Shown here piece after piece: positions 47,156 through 57,639 of a stretch of 64,000 nt of DNA (within the stretch, counting starts at the first letter, position 1; each line of letters begins with the position of its first letter). The stretch is from positions 4,227-68,226 of the forward strand of contig DATMZI010000096.1 in the NCBI GenBank assembly GCA_035607085.1, read 5' to 3'. The stretch is from Candidatus Eiseniibacteriota bacterium (GTDB lineage Bacteria > Acidobacteriota > Terriglobia > Acidiferrales > UBA7541). Both the position numbers and the translations under genes were made by a program. The notes below the pieces were generated by a model. The model searched no databases, was not told where the DNA came from, and worked only from the letters and a program-made list of their open reading frames with translations.

Positions 47156-49678
47156 TCACCGGACGCCGGGCGACGGGCTCGGTTTAAATTCGAGAGCCGG
47201 TTCAAGCCTGAGAGTTTCTTGTAAGGTCTGAAAGGGGGCCAGCTCACGCAACGCAATGAGCTCCGGGTCGGCGCCAAGCCAGTGCCTGTCTCTCCAGCCG
47301 GCCAAGACCGCCTTGTGGAGACAATCGAGCGCAGTATCCTGATCGTGAAGCCGTGCGTATGCGGCCCCGAGTCCGTAATAGAGTTGCCCGAGCGTCCCCT
47401 CCCAGAGCCACGTTTGCGGGCTGCGGGCAATCTCCATTAGGAACTGTTCGGCTTCCTCCAGTAACTCGCGTGCATGGAGGGTTTCGCCTCGCGCTGCGTG
47501 GACCGCAGCCATCCCCGCCAATGTCCGACTGAGAACGCGTTGGCGGCCCAGCATACGAGGGTATTCTTTTACCAGGCGGGAGGCCCGGCGAAACTCCTTC
47601 GTTGCCGTCTCGGCACGGCCTTCGCGCAGCTGCAACTCTCCAAGGCCGCAGGCGGTCAAAGCCTGGAAAGCTTCGCGGTACAGGTGGTCGGTCGACTCGA
47701 GGGCGGAGGCGGAGGCGGCATACAACTCATGGGCTCTATCATTCTGCCCGCGACGTTGCGCGACCGTGGCAAGGAGCATCTCCGGCCCGATGAAAAATCC
47801 GTAGCCGGGTCCGCGGCGCGCGATCTCGAGCCCCCTTTGAAGAAACTGCTCCGCACGGCCGTATTCTCCCCACGATAAAGTGATTTGTCCGAGACAGAGC
47901 CAGGTTGCTCCCCAGCGGGGGTCAGCCAGGCTTGCGTCCAACAGCGCCGTCAGCGCAGATTGAAACGCGGTCGGGTCGCGTTCACTGGCTGACAGATAAG
48001 CTGCTCCCAGGAAATAGTGAGCCAAGACCAAATCCGGCTGGCGCTCCACGCCCTGGTGGCCGGTGCGAATGGATTGCTCGACTCTTCCCTGCCGCATATA
48101 GGCATAGCTGAGCCACGGATAAGGCTCGCCGAGTTCGGGGTCCAGTTCGATTGCGCGTTCGGAATATCGTGCAGAGCGGTCGAGGTCCGCGGGATCGGTG
48201 AGGTGAATATAGCGCATTGCGTGGGTGGCCCCGAGGGCCGCGTAGGCCAGGGAGTAATGTGAATCCAGCGCGATGGCACGTTCCAGATGCTGGCGAGCAC
48301 GCTCCAGTGATTCCTTGCCGAACAGGTGGAACTGCTGGCGGCCTTGTGCGTATTGCTCATAGGCTTCAAGATGCAACGTTTCGGGTGGAGCAATTCGCTG
48401 CATCGCGCTGCTGTCGACCTTTACTTTGAGTACGCTCATGACGTCGGCGACAACACGATCCTGCAGGGCAAAGACGTCCTCCCAGCAGCCATCTATCTTC
48501 GCAGTAGCCGTTTCCTCGCCAGTCGCTACTTCTATAACCGTTGGCAAGATCCGGAGGCGCTCGCCTGAACGCTGATAGCTCCCCAGCACCAGCCACCGCG
48601 CGCCGAGCTCTTTGCCCAACGCGATAAGCCCTGAGTGACCCGCATCCGCAAGATGATGGCGTCGCGCTGCCTCTTGGATACGCTGCCGGCTGGTTACACT
48701 TACCAGTTTGAGTCTTTTCAAATCCGTGGTGAGCGTTTCGGCCAATCCGGAGCCGAGCCAGTCTACACTTCGATCGACGGTGATGTTGTGGAAGTCCAGC
48801 ACCGCGAGCACCGACGCGGTTTGCGATGCCATGGTTTGTGGACTCGAGTTGGAACCGGCTAGCACGTCGCGCAAATTCCGGGACAGTTCCGCAGCGTTCT
48901 GAGGACGTAGATCAGCGTCAACGGAAATGGCCCGCATTAAGAACCGTTCCATGGCGGTGTTGATAAGCGGGTTACTGCTAGTTGCGGATCGCGGCTGTCC
49001 GCTCAGGATCGCGCTGACCAAGGCATGCCCGTCGAGGCCTTCGAAAGGCAACCGCCCGCAGGCCATCTGATAAAGGACGATCCCCAGGCTATAGAGGTCA
49101 CTGCGGCGGTCGGCTTCATGGCCACGCAGCACCTCCGGCGAGCAATAATGAACAGTGCCCATCCATGTTCCTGGAGCGGTCAGCGCCGTACGGCCGTCGT
49201 CTTTATCCTGCAAGAGTTTAGCGAGCCCGAAGTCGAGAAGTTTCACCCGGCCTTCAGAATTGATCATAATGTTCGCGGGCTTGATATCGCGATGCAGGAT
49301 GCCCCGATGATGCGCGTGCTCGAGAGCGTCCGCGATCTGAAGGGCGTAGTCGGCCAGGCGATCCATCGGTAACTGCCCGGTGGCTAAATGTTCGCCGAGG
49401 CTCTGACCCTCCACGTATTCCATGGCCAGGTAATGAATCCCGTCGGACTCCCCGATTGCGTATAGCACGGCAATTCCAGGATGATTCAAAGCCGCGACAG
49501 CGCGCGCCTCTTGCTCAAACCGCGACACTCTGTCCTGGTCGCGAGCGAATTCCCTAGGCAGTACCTTGAGAGCGACCCGGCGTTCGAGACGAGCATCTTG
49601 CGCCAGGTAGACAACTCCCATCCCACCGGCGCCAAGTTCCGCCAGGATGCGATACTGCGCTACCGCGTGCCCGATCAT
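47156..49678 (-). CDS. Hanks-type Ser/Thr kinase with TolB-N-like domain and TPR repeats
   Basis: GAGGMGVVY, VALK, HRDIKPAN, DFGLAK, GTVHYCSPE; LAVLDFHN..; TPR helices. Confidence 0.93.
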   Translation of the reverse strand: MIGHAVAQYRILAELGAGGMGVVYLAQDARLERRVALKVLPREFARDQDRVSRFEQEARAVAALNHPGIAVLYAIGESDGIHYLAMEYVEGQSLGEHLATGQLPMDRLADYALQIADALEHAHHRGILHRDIKPANIMINSEGRVKLLDFGLAKLLQDKDDGRTALTAPGTWMGTVHYCSPEVLRGHEADRRSDLYSLGIVLYQMACGRLPFEGLDGHALVSAILSGQPRSATSSNPLINTAMERFLMRAISVDADLRPQNAAELSRNLRDVLAGSNSSPQTMASQTASVLAVLDFHNITVDRSVDWLGSGLAETLTTDLKRLKLVSVTSRQRIQEAARRHHLADAGHSGLIALGKELGARWLVLGSYQRSGERLRILPTVIEVATGEETATAKIDGCWEDVFALQDRVVADVMSVLKVKVDSSAMQRIAPPETLHLEAYEQYAQGRQQFHLFGKESLERARQHLERAIALDSHYSLAYAALGATHAMRYIHLTDPADLDRSARYSERAIELDPELGEPYPWLSYAYMRQGRVEQSIRTGHQGVERQPDLVLAHYFLGAAYLSASERDPTAFQSALTALLDASLADPRWGATWLCLGQITLSWGEYGRAEQFLQRGLEIARRGPGYGFFIGPEMLLATVAQRRGQNDRAHELYAASASALESTDHLYREAFQALTACGLGELQLREGRAETATKEFRRASRLVKEYPRMLGRQRVLSRTLAGMAAVHAARGETLHARELLEEAEQFLMEIARSPQTWLWEGTLGQLYYGLGAAYARLHDQDTALDCLHKAVLAGWRDRHWLGADPELIALRELAPFQTLQETLRLEPALEFKPSPSPGVR

Positions 49679-49853
49679 GTGTGGAAAACAGCTCCGTTGG
49701 CCCGGCATGGTAGGCTGCGCTCGGGTAAGAAGTCAATTCGGCATTAGAGAAGCATTAGAGAAGTCTTGTCGTACCGAGAGGTCGTCGTAGTACGGTGGCG
49801 ATGGTTTGAGTTACGGGGAGAAAGAGGAATACAGGCCGGTGGCGGCAGGGAAG

Positions 49854-51059
49854 CTACCGAAGCGAGTTCGAGAGCAGACGGCGGAGTTGTGGGATGGGGA
49901 TGGCGTCAGCGCGGTGATTTTGGAAGCCGCGCACCGTGGTGGCTTTTAGGAGGGAGTTGACGATGGCTTCTTCGGTGGCGTCTATGGCGGCTTCGAAAAG
50001 CGGCGAGAGGGCGTCTTCTGCGAGTAGCGCGATCGGTTGGCTGCGTGGGGCGGTCTGGGCAATGCGGTTGGTGGTGGAGAAGGCGATGGCGTAGTCGCCG
50101 CTGCCGTTGCTGGCGGTGGAGCCGACGCGGGCCATGCCGAGAATGGCCCGGGCGGCGAGACGGCGAAGCTGGCGCGCATCGAGTGGGGCGTCGGTGGCCA
50201 CGACGATCATGCAGGAGCCGTCGGCGGAATTTGCTGCGGGAGTATCTTCGCCAGAATCGCCGCGAAGGCTTGCTTCTTCTTTGGGGCGCAACTCTTTCCA
50301 GACGGGGACGCCTGCGATGGTGAGGCGGCCGCCGAAGTTGGTTTGCACCAAGACGCCGACGGTGAAGCCGCCCTCTTTTTCGGGGAGATGGCGAGAGCTG
50401 GTGCCGATCCCGCCTTTCCACCCGAAAGCGATGGTGCCGGTGCCGGCGCCGACGGAGCCTTCTTCGACCGGACCACCTCCTCTTGAGCTTGAGGAGGCTT
50501 CGTTGATCGCGCGGGCGACGTTATCGGCTTTGACATGAAAACCACGAATGTCATTGAGCCAGCCGTCATTGGTTTCACCGACGAGCGGGTTGGCGCGCGG
50601 AACGTTTTCATTGCCGGGTTGAGCGATGGTCCAATGGGCGATGGCGGAGGCGGCGTCAAACACGCTGAGGGTGTTGGTGAGAACGATCGGAGTTTCAATC
50701 TGGCCGAGTTCATTGACTTGCGTGGAGCCGATGAGTTTGCCGTAGGCGTTGTAGACGAAGACGGCGCCAGCCACTTTGTCCTGAAAAAGATTGCCGGCGT
50801 GAGGAAGGATGGCGGTGACGCCGGTGCGCACGTTGTCGCCGTAGGAGAGAGTGAGCTGGCCGACCAGGACGCCGGGTACGTCGGTGATGGCGTTTTTCGG
50901 GCCGGGGTCGTAGAGGCCGAAGGTGAGGCCGAGGTCGCGGGCACGTGGGCGGGCGGTGTCAGGAGAAGTGGTCTGGGCGGTGAGCGGCAGAGTGAGAGGG
51001 AATACGGCGAGAAACAGGCGAGCGCCAGTGACGCTGATGAAGAATTTGGATCGCATCAT
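49854..51059 (-). CDS. P1/S58 family peptidase (DmpA-like aminopeptidase)
   Basis: NAITDVPGVLVG, VGETNDG, GAGTG, GKGGIGTSS-like (WKGGIGTSS), DGSC cleavage motif, NGSGD. Confidence 0.92.
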   Translation of the reverse strand: MMRSKFFISVTGARLFLAVFPLTLPLTAQTTSPDTARPRARDLGLTFGLYDPGPKNAITDVPGVLVGQLTLSYGDNVRTGVTAILPHAGNLFQDKVAGAVFVYNAYGKLIGSTQVNELGQIETPIVLTNTLSVFDAASAIAHWTIAQPGNENVPRANPLVGETNDGWLNDIRGFHVKADNVARAINEASSSSRGGGPVEEGSVGAGTGTIAFGWKGGIGTSSRHLPEKEGGFTVGVLVQTNFGGRLTIAGVPVWKELRPKEEASLRGDSGEDTPAANSADGSCMIVVATDAPLDARQLRRLAARAILGMARVGSTASNGSGDYAIAFSTTNRIAQTAPRSQPIALLAEDALSPLFEAAIDATEEAIVNSLLKATTVRGFQNHRADAIPIPQLRRLLSNSLR

Positions 51060-51419
51060 TTCGAGGAGATTCTATGGTTGCAAGCGAGAACGAGTCAACG
51101 GACGTCAGAAAGTGAAAAAACCTTGAATTCAATTCCTCAGCGGCTAAAGCCGGGTAGTAAGGCTCGGGTTCGATGTCCGACCGATAGATCCGCCCCCGGT
51201 TTCACTGATAGACACCAGAGTTCCGCCCATCGGGAGAACGCCGTGGTGGGGCAAGGTTGGCAGTCGCGGGGGAGATTCGCCAGTGTGTTATTGTCGAGGA
51301 TTGGATGGACGGGTCAGGAGAAAGAAGTTCTGGAAGAACCGATACAGAAAGTTGCGACGAAAGGGAAACGGCGCAAGAAGGGGGCGGAGGGTACGGGTGT
51401 GTCTGATGTGGGGACGCAC

Positions 51420-53507
51420 ATGTCGGAGCTTGGCGTAGAGAGGCGGTATGTTTCGTTGGAAGAAGTATATCCGCCCTTAGCAACCAAGAGTGGGGCACTT
51501 GGGAGAAATTCAGAATCGTCGGGCGATGCGCGAACACCGGTCGGGGGCGGACAAGTTGAGATGCGAGATGTGTTTGGGCCGGGCGGCATGCTTGAGAAGA
51601 GCATGTTTGGCGGGTATGAGCACCGGGCGGCACAGCTGGAGATGGCGGAGGCGGTGCACGACGCGTTTCAGGAAAAGCACCACGCGATTGTGGAGGGGGG
51701 GACGGGGACGGGCAAGACGCTGGCTTACTTGTTGCCGGCGATTTGCAGCGGACGGCGGGTAGTGATTTCGACGGCGACGAAATCACTGCAGGAGCAGCTG
51801 TATCAGAAGGACATTCCGTTTTTACAGAAACATTTTGCGCCGAACCTGAAAGTCGCGGTGATGAAGGGGCGGGGAAATTTTTTGTGCCGCGCGAAGCTTC
51901 ACGCGATAGCGGACACGCCGATGTTGAAGGGGATGGAGGAGCTGGATCAGTTTCAGCAGATTCGCGATTGGGCGAAATTGACGGAGACGGGAGACCGGGC
52001 GGAACTGACGTTTTTAGCCGACGATGCGGAATTGTGGACGCGGCTGGACGCGCGACGGGACGCGTGTACGGGGCAGAAGTGCGCGGACTTCAATGCCTGC
52101 TTTGTGACGGCGATGCATGGGCGGGCACGCGAAGCAGATTTGATTATCGTGAATCACCATTTGTTTTTTGCGGATTTGGCGCTGAAGCAGGACGATTTTG
52201 GCAGCATTCTGCCGGAGTATTCGGCGGTGGTGTTTGACGAAGCGCACGAGATTGAAGATGTTGCGAGCGATTATTTCGGACGGCAGATTTCAAATTACAG
52301 GTTTGAGGAGTTGGCCCGGGACGCGGACGCGGCACTGCGTCTGCTGAAGCTGGGGGCGCCGTCGTTGCTGCGGCGGACACAGAGGATTCGCGAGCGGGGC
52401 CGCACGTTTTTTGAGTTGTTTCCGCCACGAGAGGGGCGGTTTCCGTTTTCGCGGATTGAGCGGGAAGCATTTTTGGAGCAGAACTACGAGGCGTACACGG
52501 CGCTGATGGACGCACTGAAGGGGCTGGAGACGGAATTTGCTGCGGTGGCGCAGAAGCCGGAAGAGTTGACGCGCCTGGCGCGGCGGAGTTTTGAGCTGCG
52601 GCAGGAGATGGCGTTTCTGTTCGAGTCGAATGAAAAGAATCTTGTGTATTGGTTTGAGCGGCGGAACAAAGGCGTGTTTTTGGCGGCTACGCCGATCGAT
52701 GTGAGCCAGATTTTGCGCGAGAGGTTGTTCGAACAGTTCGACACCGTAGTGATGACGTCGGCGACGCTCACGGTAGGCGGGCGGTTTGATTACATCAAGC
52801 AGCGACTGGGGCTCGATCACGTGAAGGAGCGGACGCTACCGCCGGAGTTTCGTTATGACGAGCAGGTGTTGCTGTACTTGCCGCAGCGGATGCCGGATGT
52901 ACGCGATGCGGGATTTCAGGCGAAGGCGTCGGACGAAATTTTGCGGCTGCTGGAGCTGAGCGAAGGGCGAGCGTTTTGTTTGTTTACGAGCTATTCGCAG
53001 ATGCGGGATTTGTACGAGCGAGTGAGCGCGCGGTCGGCCTATCCGTTGCTGCTGCAGGGCACGGCCCCGCGGTCAGTTTTACTGGAGCGATTCAAGACGA
53101 CGCCAAACGCGGTGCTGTTTGCGACGGCGAGTTTCTGGCAGGGAGTGGACGTGCCAGGCGAGCAGCTGTCGTGCGTGATTGTGGACCGGCTGCCGTTCGC
53201 TGTGCCGAGCGACCCGGTTGTGGCAGCGCGGGTAAATGCATTGAACGAAGAAGGGCGGAATGCGTTCGCGGAATATCAGGTGCCGGCTGCGGTGCTGGCG
53301 CTGAAGCAAGGGTTCGGCAGATTGATTCGGTCGAAGACGGATCGCGGCGTGTTGTCGATTCTGGACAACCGCATTCAGCGGATGGCGTATGGTAAAATTT
53401 TTATAGAGTCGCTGCCGGAATATGGGAAAACGCAGGAATTGGGAGAGGTTGAGAGGTTTTTTGGAAGTCGGAAACAATCCGGTAAAGAAGTAACGAACTC
53501 AAGATAA
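51420..53507 (+). CDS. dinG: ATP-dependent DNA helicase DinG/YoaA family (start uncertain, 51420 or 51561)
   Basis: GGTGTGKTLAY, KGRGNFLC, Fe-S Cys, DEAH, TSATL, FWQGVDVPG, QGFGRLIR. Confidence 0.93.
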   Translation: MSELGVERRYVSLEEVYPPLATKSGALGRNSESSGDARTPVGGGQVEMRDVFGPGGMLEKSMFGGYEHRAAQLEMAEAVHDAFQEKHHAIVEGGTGTGKTLAYLLPAICSGRRVVISTATKSLQEQLYQKDIPFLQKHFAPNLKVAVMKGRGNFLCRAKLHAIADTPMLKGMEELDQFQQIRDWAKLTETGDRAELTFLADDAELWTRLDARRDACTGQKCADFNACFVTAMHGRAREADLIIVNHHLFFADLALKQDDFGSILPEYSAVVFDEAHEIEDVASDYFGRQISNYRFEELARDADAALRLLKLGAPSLLRRTQRIRERGRTFFELFPPREGRFPFSRIEREAFLEQNYEAYTALMDALKGLETEFAAVAQKPEELTRLARRSFELRQEMAFLFESNEKNLVYWFERRNKGVFLAATPIDVSQILRERLFEQFDTVVMTSATLTVGGRFDYIKQRLGLDHVKERTLPPEFRYDEQVLLYLPQRMPDVRDAGFQAKASDEILRLLELSEGRAFCLFTSYSQMRDLYERVSARSAYPLLLQGTAPRSVLLERFKTTPNAVLFATASFWQGVDVPGEQLSCVIVDRLPFAVPSDPVVAARVNALNEEGRNAFAEYQVPAAVLALKQGFGRLIRSKTDRGVLSILDNRIQRMAYGKIFIESLPEYGKTQELGEVERFFGSRKQSGKEVTNSR

Positions 53508-53533
53508 AGACGACAAAAAGAAAAAGAGATTGC

Positions 53534-53935
53534 ATGTTTGAAGTGAGAGTTGAGGAGACATTTTCTTCGGGGCATGCGCTCCGGGGATACCAGGGAAAGT
53601 GTGAGAACGTGCACGGGCACAACTACCGGGTGCGGGTGACGCTGGCGGGGCCGGCGCTGAATGAGATCGGGTTGCTGGTGGATTTTACGGATTTGAAGCG
53701 AGTGGTACGCGGGATTATTGCTGGGATTGATCACCAGTTTTTGAATGATCTGGAGCCGTTTCGAACGGTGAACCCTTCGGCGGAAAATTTGGCGAAATAT
53801 TTTTATGACGAGACTGCGCGCGGGTTGAGTGCGTTGCCGGCGGAAGCGAAGATTACCGAAGTGATCGTGTGGGAGACCGATACGTCCAGCGCGATTTACA
53901 GGCCGGGAGTAGTTGGGTCGCGCTCAGAAAAGTAA
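53534..53935 (+). CDS. queD: 6-carboxy-5,6,7,8-tetrahydropterin synthase
   Basis: CENVHGHNY, DHQFLN, PSAENLA, VWET. Confidence 0.95.
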   Translation: MFEVRVEETFSSGHALRGYQGKCENVHGHNYRVRVTLAGPALNEIGLLVDFTDLKRVVRGIIAGIDHQFLNDLEPFRTVNPSAENLAKYFYDETARGLSALPAEAKITEVIVWETDTSSAIYRPGVVGSRSEK

Positions 53936-53968
53936 GCGAAACGGCGGGGAAATAGCTGGTTCTTCTTG

Positions 53969-54664
53969 ATGTTTATCACGGAGATATTCAAATCGGTGCA
54001 GGGAGAAGGGACGCGCGCTGGGCTGCCCTGCGTGTTTGTGCGTTTGACGGGATGCAATTTGCGCTGCACGTGGTGCGATACGGCGTATGCATTCCATGGC
54101 GGGAAGAAGATGAGCGTGGACGAAGTGCTGGCGCGCGTGGATGAGCTGTGTGGACGGCGCGATGGCGTGAGCGGCGCGGCAGCGGATGTGCCGCTAGTGG
54201 AACTGACGGGAGGGGAGCCGCTGCTGCAGGAGGAGATTTATCCGCTGGCGGAGGCGTTGCTGAAGCGTGGCTACACGGTCATGATCGAGACGAGCGGAGA
54301 ACGGTTCGTGGGGCGGCTGCCGAAAGAAGTGATCAAGATTGTGGATGTGAAGTGCCCGGACTCCGGCGAGGCAGATACGTTCAACGAGAAGAACCTGGGA
54401 GCCATAGACGAGAAGGACGAGATTAAATTTGTGCTTTCCACGCGACGGGATTATGAATTTGCGAGAGAGTTTACGCGGGAAAGGGGGCTGGCGAAACTTG
54501 TCAGGCAGGTGCTGTTTGCGCCGGTCTTCGCGGATCCGAACGGGAAATGGGAAGGGCTGGAGCCGCGCCAGCTGGTCGAGTGGATCCTGGCGGACGGATT
54601 GCCAGTGCGGCTGGGGCTGCAACTGCACAAATTTATTTGGCACCCCGCGACGAAGGGCGTTTAA
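53969..54664 (+). CDS. queE: 7-carboxy-7-deazaguanine synthase (radical SAM)
   Basis: EIFKSVQGEG, CNLRCTWCDT, TGGEPLLQ, LQLHK. Confidence 0.96.
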   Translation: MFITEIFKSVQGEGTRAGLPCVFVRLTGCNLRCTWCDTAYAFHGGKKMSVDEVLARVDELCGRRDGVSGAAADVPLVELTGGEPLLQEEIYPLAEALLKRGYTVMIETSGERFVGRLPKEVIKIVDVKCPDSGEADTFNEKNLGAIDEKDEIKFVLSTRRDYEFAREFTRERGLAKLVRQVLFAPVFADPNGKWEGLEPRQLVEWILADGLPVRLGLQLHKFIWHPATKGV

Positions 54665-55268
54665 AGCCCTCTTGGAGGAGATTCTGCCAGGTGCCGTGTG
54701 CGCCGGCTCCGGCTCCTTGGGGAACTGTTTGTCCGGCGGAACCTTCCACGGCGACGGGGCTGGTAAAAATGATCGCGTTGGGAATGATGACTCGCCGTCC
54801 CTCCTTGGTGGTGATCACGGTGGCGCGCGACTGGATGTCGTGGACGGTACCCTCGATGCCGGTGACGCTGATGAAATCGCCGATGCGAAACGGTTCCTGC
54901 ACGAGCAGGAGAATGCCGGCCAGGAAATTCTGCAAAATGTTCTGGAAGGCGAAACCGACAGCCACGCTGCCGATACCGAGAATTTTGATGAGATCGGAAG
55001 CCTGGAACGACGGAGCGATTACGGAAAGACCGACCAGGAAGCCGATCACCACTATGGCCGTGTACACCAGGCGCCCCAAAAGAAGAGCGATGCCTTGATG
55101 TTTGCGGCGCTGGATGGCGAAGCGGCGCACCAACGCACGGCAAATGGATGCCACTAGCAGAAACAGAATGAAGACGAACAGCGCAAGAACCAGATTCGGG
55201 ATCAGGGAAATACATTGGTTAATGATCCGGACTCCGGTTTTCCAGGCCGCGGAAAAGTCGAGAGGCAT
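54633..55268 (-). CDS. mscS: Small mechanosensitive channel protein, C-terminally truncated
   Basis: GIGSVAVGFAFQNILQNFLAG, EPFRIGD.I, GTV.DI..R.T, IPN; cytoplasmic alpha/beta domain absent. Confidence 0.85.
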   Translation of the reverse strand: MPLDFSAAWKTGVRIINQCISLIPNLVLALFVFILFLLVASICRALVRRFAIQRRKHQGIALLLGRLVYTAIVVIGFLVGLSVIAPSFQASDLIKILGIGSVAVGFAFQNILQNFLAGILLLVQEPFRIGDFISVTGIEGTVHDIQSRATVITTKEGRRVIIPNAIIFTSPVAVEGSAGQTVPQGAGAGAHGTWQNLLQEGFKRPSSRGAK

Positions 55269-55389
55269 GCTGTGCCCTCCTGTCTGTGAGGGCGGCATGG
55301 AAAAAGGATAGGCCAACAGCCGGCGGAAGGCCATGCGGGTAATCCCTGAGGTTTTCGGACCGCAGTAGCCAGGCTTATAATTTGTAGCG

Positions 55390-56109
55390 ATGGCGAATAC
55401 GACTCCAAAAGCAGTGGTGCTCCTGAGTGGGGGGATGGATTCGTGCGTGTGCGCGGCGACCGCACGCGAGCGGCACGGAGCGGGTAATGTTGCGTTGTTG
55501 CACGCGAGTTATGGGCAGCGAACCGAAGCCAGGGAAGCGAAAGCATTCGGCGACATCGCGGAGTTTTACAGTGTCAAGCAGCGGCTGATGGTGCAGCTGG
55601 AGCACTTTCGCGCGATTGGTGGATCGGCACTGACGGATCCGAACATCGCGGTTCCGGAAAATGATTTGGGCACACCAGGGCCACAGGGCAGCCTGATTCC
55701 AGTGACGTATGTGCCGTTTCGCAATGCACATTTTCTTTCGGTGGCGGTGAGCTGGGCGGAAGCGATTGGCGCGGCAGCGATTTACATCGGGGCGGTGGCG
55801 CAGGATAGTTCGGGCTATCCGGATTGCCGGCCGGAGTATTACAAAGTGTTTCAGGAGTTAATTCGCGTGGGGACGCGGCCCGAGACCGAGATCGAAATTG
55901 TTACGCCGGTGATTGATCGCAAGAAGAGCGAGATCATCCGTCGGGGCATCGAGCTGGGAGCACCGCTGCATCTGACCTGGTCGTGCTACCAGAATGCCGA
56001 GGAAGCCTGCGGTGTGTGTGATAGCTGCTTGCTGCGGTTACGGGCATTTGAGGAAGCGGGCGTACCCGATCCGATTCCTTATCGGCGCGCGGTATCTGCC
56101 CGGCCCTGA
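55390..56109 (+). CDS. queC: 7-cyano-7-deazaguanine synthase
   Basis: LLSGGMDS, TYVPFRN, YPDCRPEY, TWSCY, CGVCDSCLLR. Confidence 0.97.
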   Translation: MANTTPKAVVLLSGGMDSCVCAATARERHGAGNVALLHASYGQRTEAREAKAFGDIAEFYSVKQRLMVQLEHFRAIGGSALTDPNIAVPENDLGTPGPQGSLIPVTYVPFRNAHFLSVAVSWAEAIGAAAIYIGAVAQDSSGYPDCRPEYYKVFQELIRVGTRPETEIEIVTPVIDRKKSEIIRRGIELGAPLHLTWSCYQNAEEACGVCDSCLLRLRAFEEAGVPDPIPYRRAVSARP

Positions 56110-56280
56110 CGGGCAGTCGCCGTTCGGATGTGGGCACTTGGAATTGCGGGCCGATAGGTGATAATAAGGCCCACACGCAGTCCCCGCAGAGCTTGGGTAG
56201 AAGCTTTGCTTTGGTCTAAACAGGGATGTTCGTGCGGTGGATCAATTCGTGGATGCGTTGGGCTAAAAGGAGAACAAAGC

Positions 56281-57420
56281 ATGAAGAAACTGGCATATTC
56301 GTGCGCATTCGCCGCATTGGTGTTTGCAATGACGGTGGCGGGGCTGGCGCCTCGAGCCGGTGCGCAAGACAGCGGAATCGCCGGAACGATTTTGGATTTG
56401 CAGGCCAATCCGTGGCCGGACCTGGGGGTCACGGTAGTCAGCGACCAGGGAACAAAGTTTGAGGCCAAGACCGATAACAAGGGAAAGTATGAGTTTCACA
56501 ACCTCCGCGCGGGGGTGTACACGCTGACGGTACAACTGCCGAACCAGGTGTTCCAGGGTGGTCAGGTGAAAGTTGGCGCCGGGCAAACGGTGCCGGCCGA
56601 CTTGAATTTTAAAGAAATCGCTGCGAAGAACAATCCGGATTTCGCAAAGCAAGTCGCGAAGCAGGAAGAGGAAAAGCAGAAGTTTCAGGGGATGAAGCAG
56701 CACTTTGACGCGGGCGTGGCGCAGTTGGAACTGGTCAAGCAAGCGAGGGACAAGCTTTCGAAGGCGCCTGCGGATCAGCGCGATGCGGCCAAGCAGGAAG
56801 TGCTGGACAACAGCAACAAAGCGATCACTGAGTTTGAAGCTGCGAAGGCGGCTTCGAATGAAAAGGATCCGAACCTGCAGCTGATCATGGCGCGGCTTGG
56901 AGATGCGTACGATTCGGCGGGCCGGGCCGACGATGCGATCGGCGCGTATAAGCGTGCGATTGAACTGAAACCGTCGTTTGCTTATTACAACAACCTGGGC
57001 GGCATTTATGGTCGCGCGAACAAGATCGATGACGCGACCGCAGCGTATCAAAAGGCTGCCGAGATCGATCCGGCAAATGCATCACAAGCCTGGTTGAATT
57101 GCGGCATTACGCTATCGAACGTGGGAAAGTACAAGGAAGCGATTGAACCGCTGAAGAAAGCGACGGAGCTTGATCCCAAAAGCGCGAAAGCTTGGTATTT
57201 GCTGGCGTCGGCGCAGGTTGCAGACCCGAGCATCTACAAACAGACGGCAGGGAAAATTGAAGTGACCCCGTTGCCGGGAACGGCTGAGGCTTACCAAAAG
57301 GCAATTGATCTGGACCCCAACGGACCGTATGGGCAGCAGGCGAAGCAGGGCTTAGATCAACTGAACCAGATGACCGGCGGCATCAACACGCAGGTGGGAG
57401 CCAAGAAGAAGAAACCTTAA
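56281..57420 (+). CDS. Secreted protein with carboxypeptidase-regulatory-like domain and TPR repeats
   Basis: Signal peptide MKKLAYSC..AGA|QD; GI.GTI.D; TPR motifs (AYYNNLGGIY, KAAEIDP, KATELDP). Confidence 0.85.
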   Translation: MKKLAYSCAFAALVFAMTVAGLAPRAGAQDSGIAGTILDLQANPWPDLGVTVVSDQGTKFEAKTDNKGKYEFHNLRAGVYTLTVQLPNQVFQGGQVKVGAGQTVPADLNFKEIAAKNNPDFAKQVAKQEEEKQKFQGMKQHFDAGVAQLELVKQARDKLSKAPADQRDAAKQEVLDNSNKAITEFEAAKAASNEKDPNLQLIMARLGDAYDSAGRADDAIGAYKRAIELKPSFAYYNNLGGIYGRANKIDDATAAYQKAAEIDPANASQAWLNCGITLSNVGKYKEAIEPLKKATELDPKSAKAWYLLASAQVADPSIYKQTAGKIEVTPLPGTAEAYQKAIDLDPNGPYGQQAKQGLDQLNQMTGGINTQVGAKKKKP

Positions 57421-57443
57421 GCTGTGAGAAGAACCGAAAGAGG

Positions 57444-57469
57444 GGCCGGCACAATCCGCCGGCCTTTTT
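57444..57469 (+). terminator. Intrinsic terminator just upstream of the lasso cluster
   Basis: GGCCGGC-N7-GCCGGCC-TTTTT. Confidence 0.85.
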
Positions 57470-57639
57470 GTTTGTGGTGGAGCATCTCTCCTGCTAACTT
57501 CTGAAAGAAGTGTCGAAGGCGTTTGCCGTAGTCAGAGGCGCGCGAGAACGTTAGAATACGGGGCAGTCGTGGTGGCAATTCCATCGGTTAAGTGGAAGTC
57601 GTCCCAGCCATAGAAAACCAGAAAGGTAAGCGCAGCGCT

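Noticed and set aside
49741-49762. 11-bp tandem duplication GCATTAGAGAA x2 upstream of the Ser/Thr kinase
   Set aside because: Only two copies and no other support; probably slippage.
50535-51419. N-terminal ~295 aa of the 990-aa dinG ORF
   Set aside because: It is the antisense shadow of the DmpA-like gene plus intergenic DNA; helicase homology starts only after about 51420-51561.
53507-53534. preQ1 riboswitch upstream of queD
   Set aside because: Only about 26 nt, A-rich, with no P1 stem or consensus loop.
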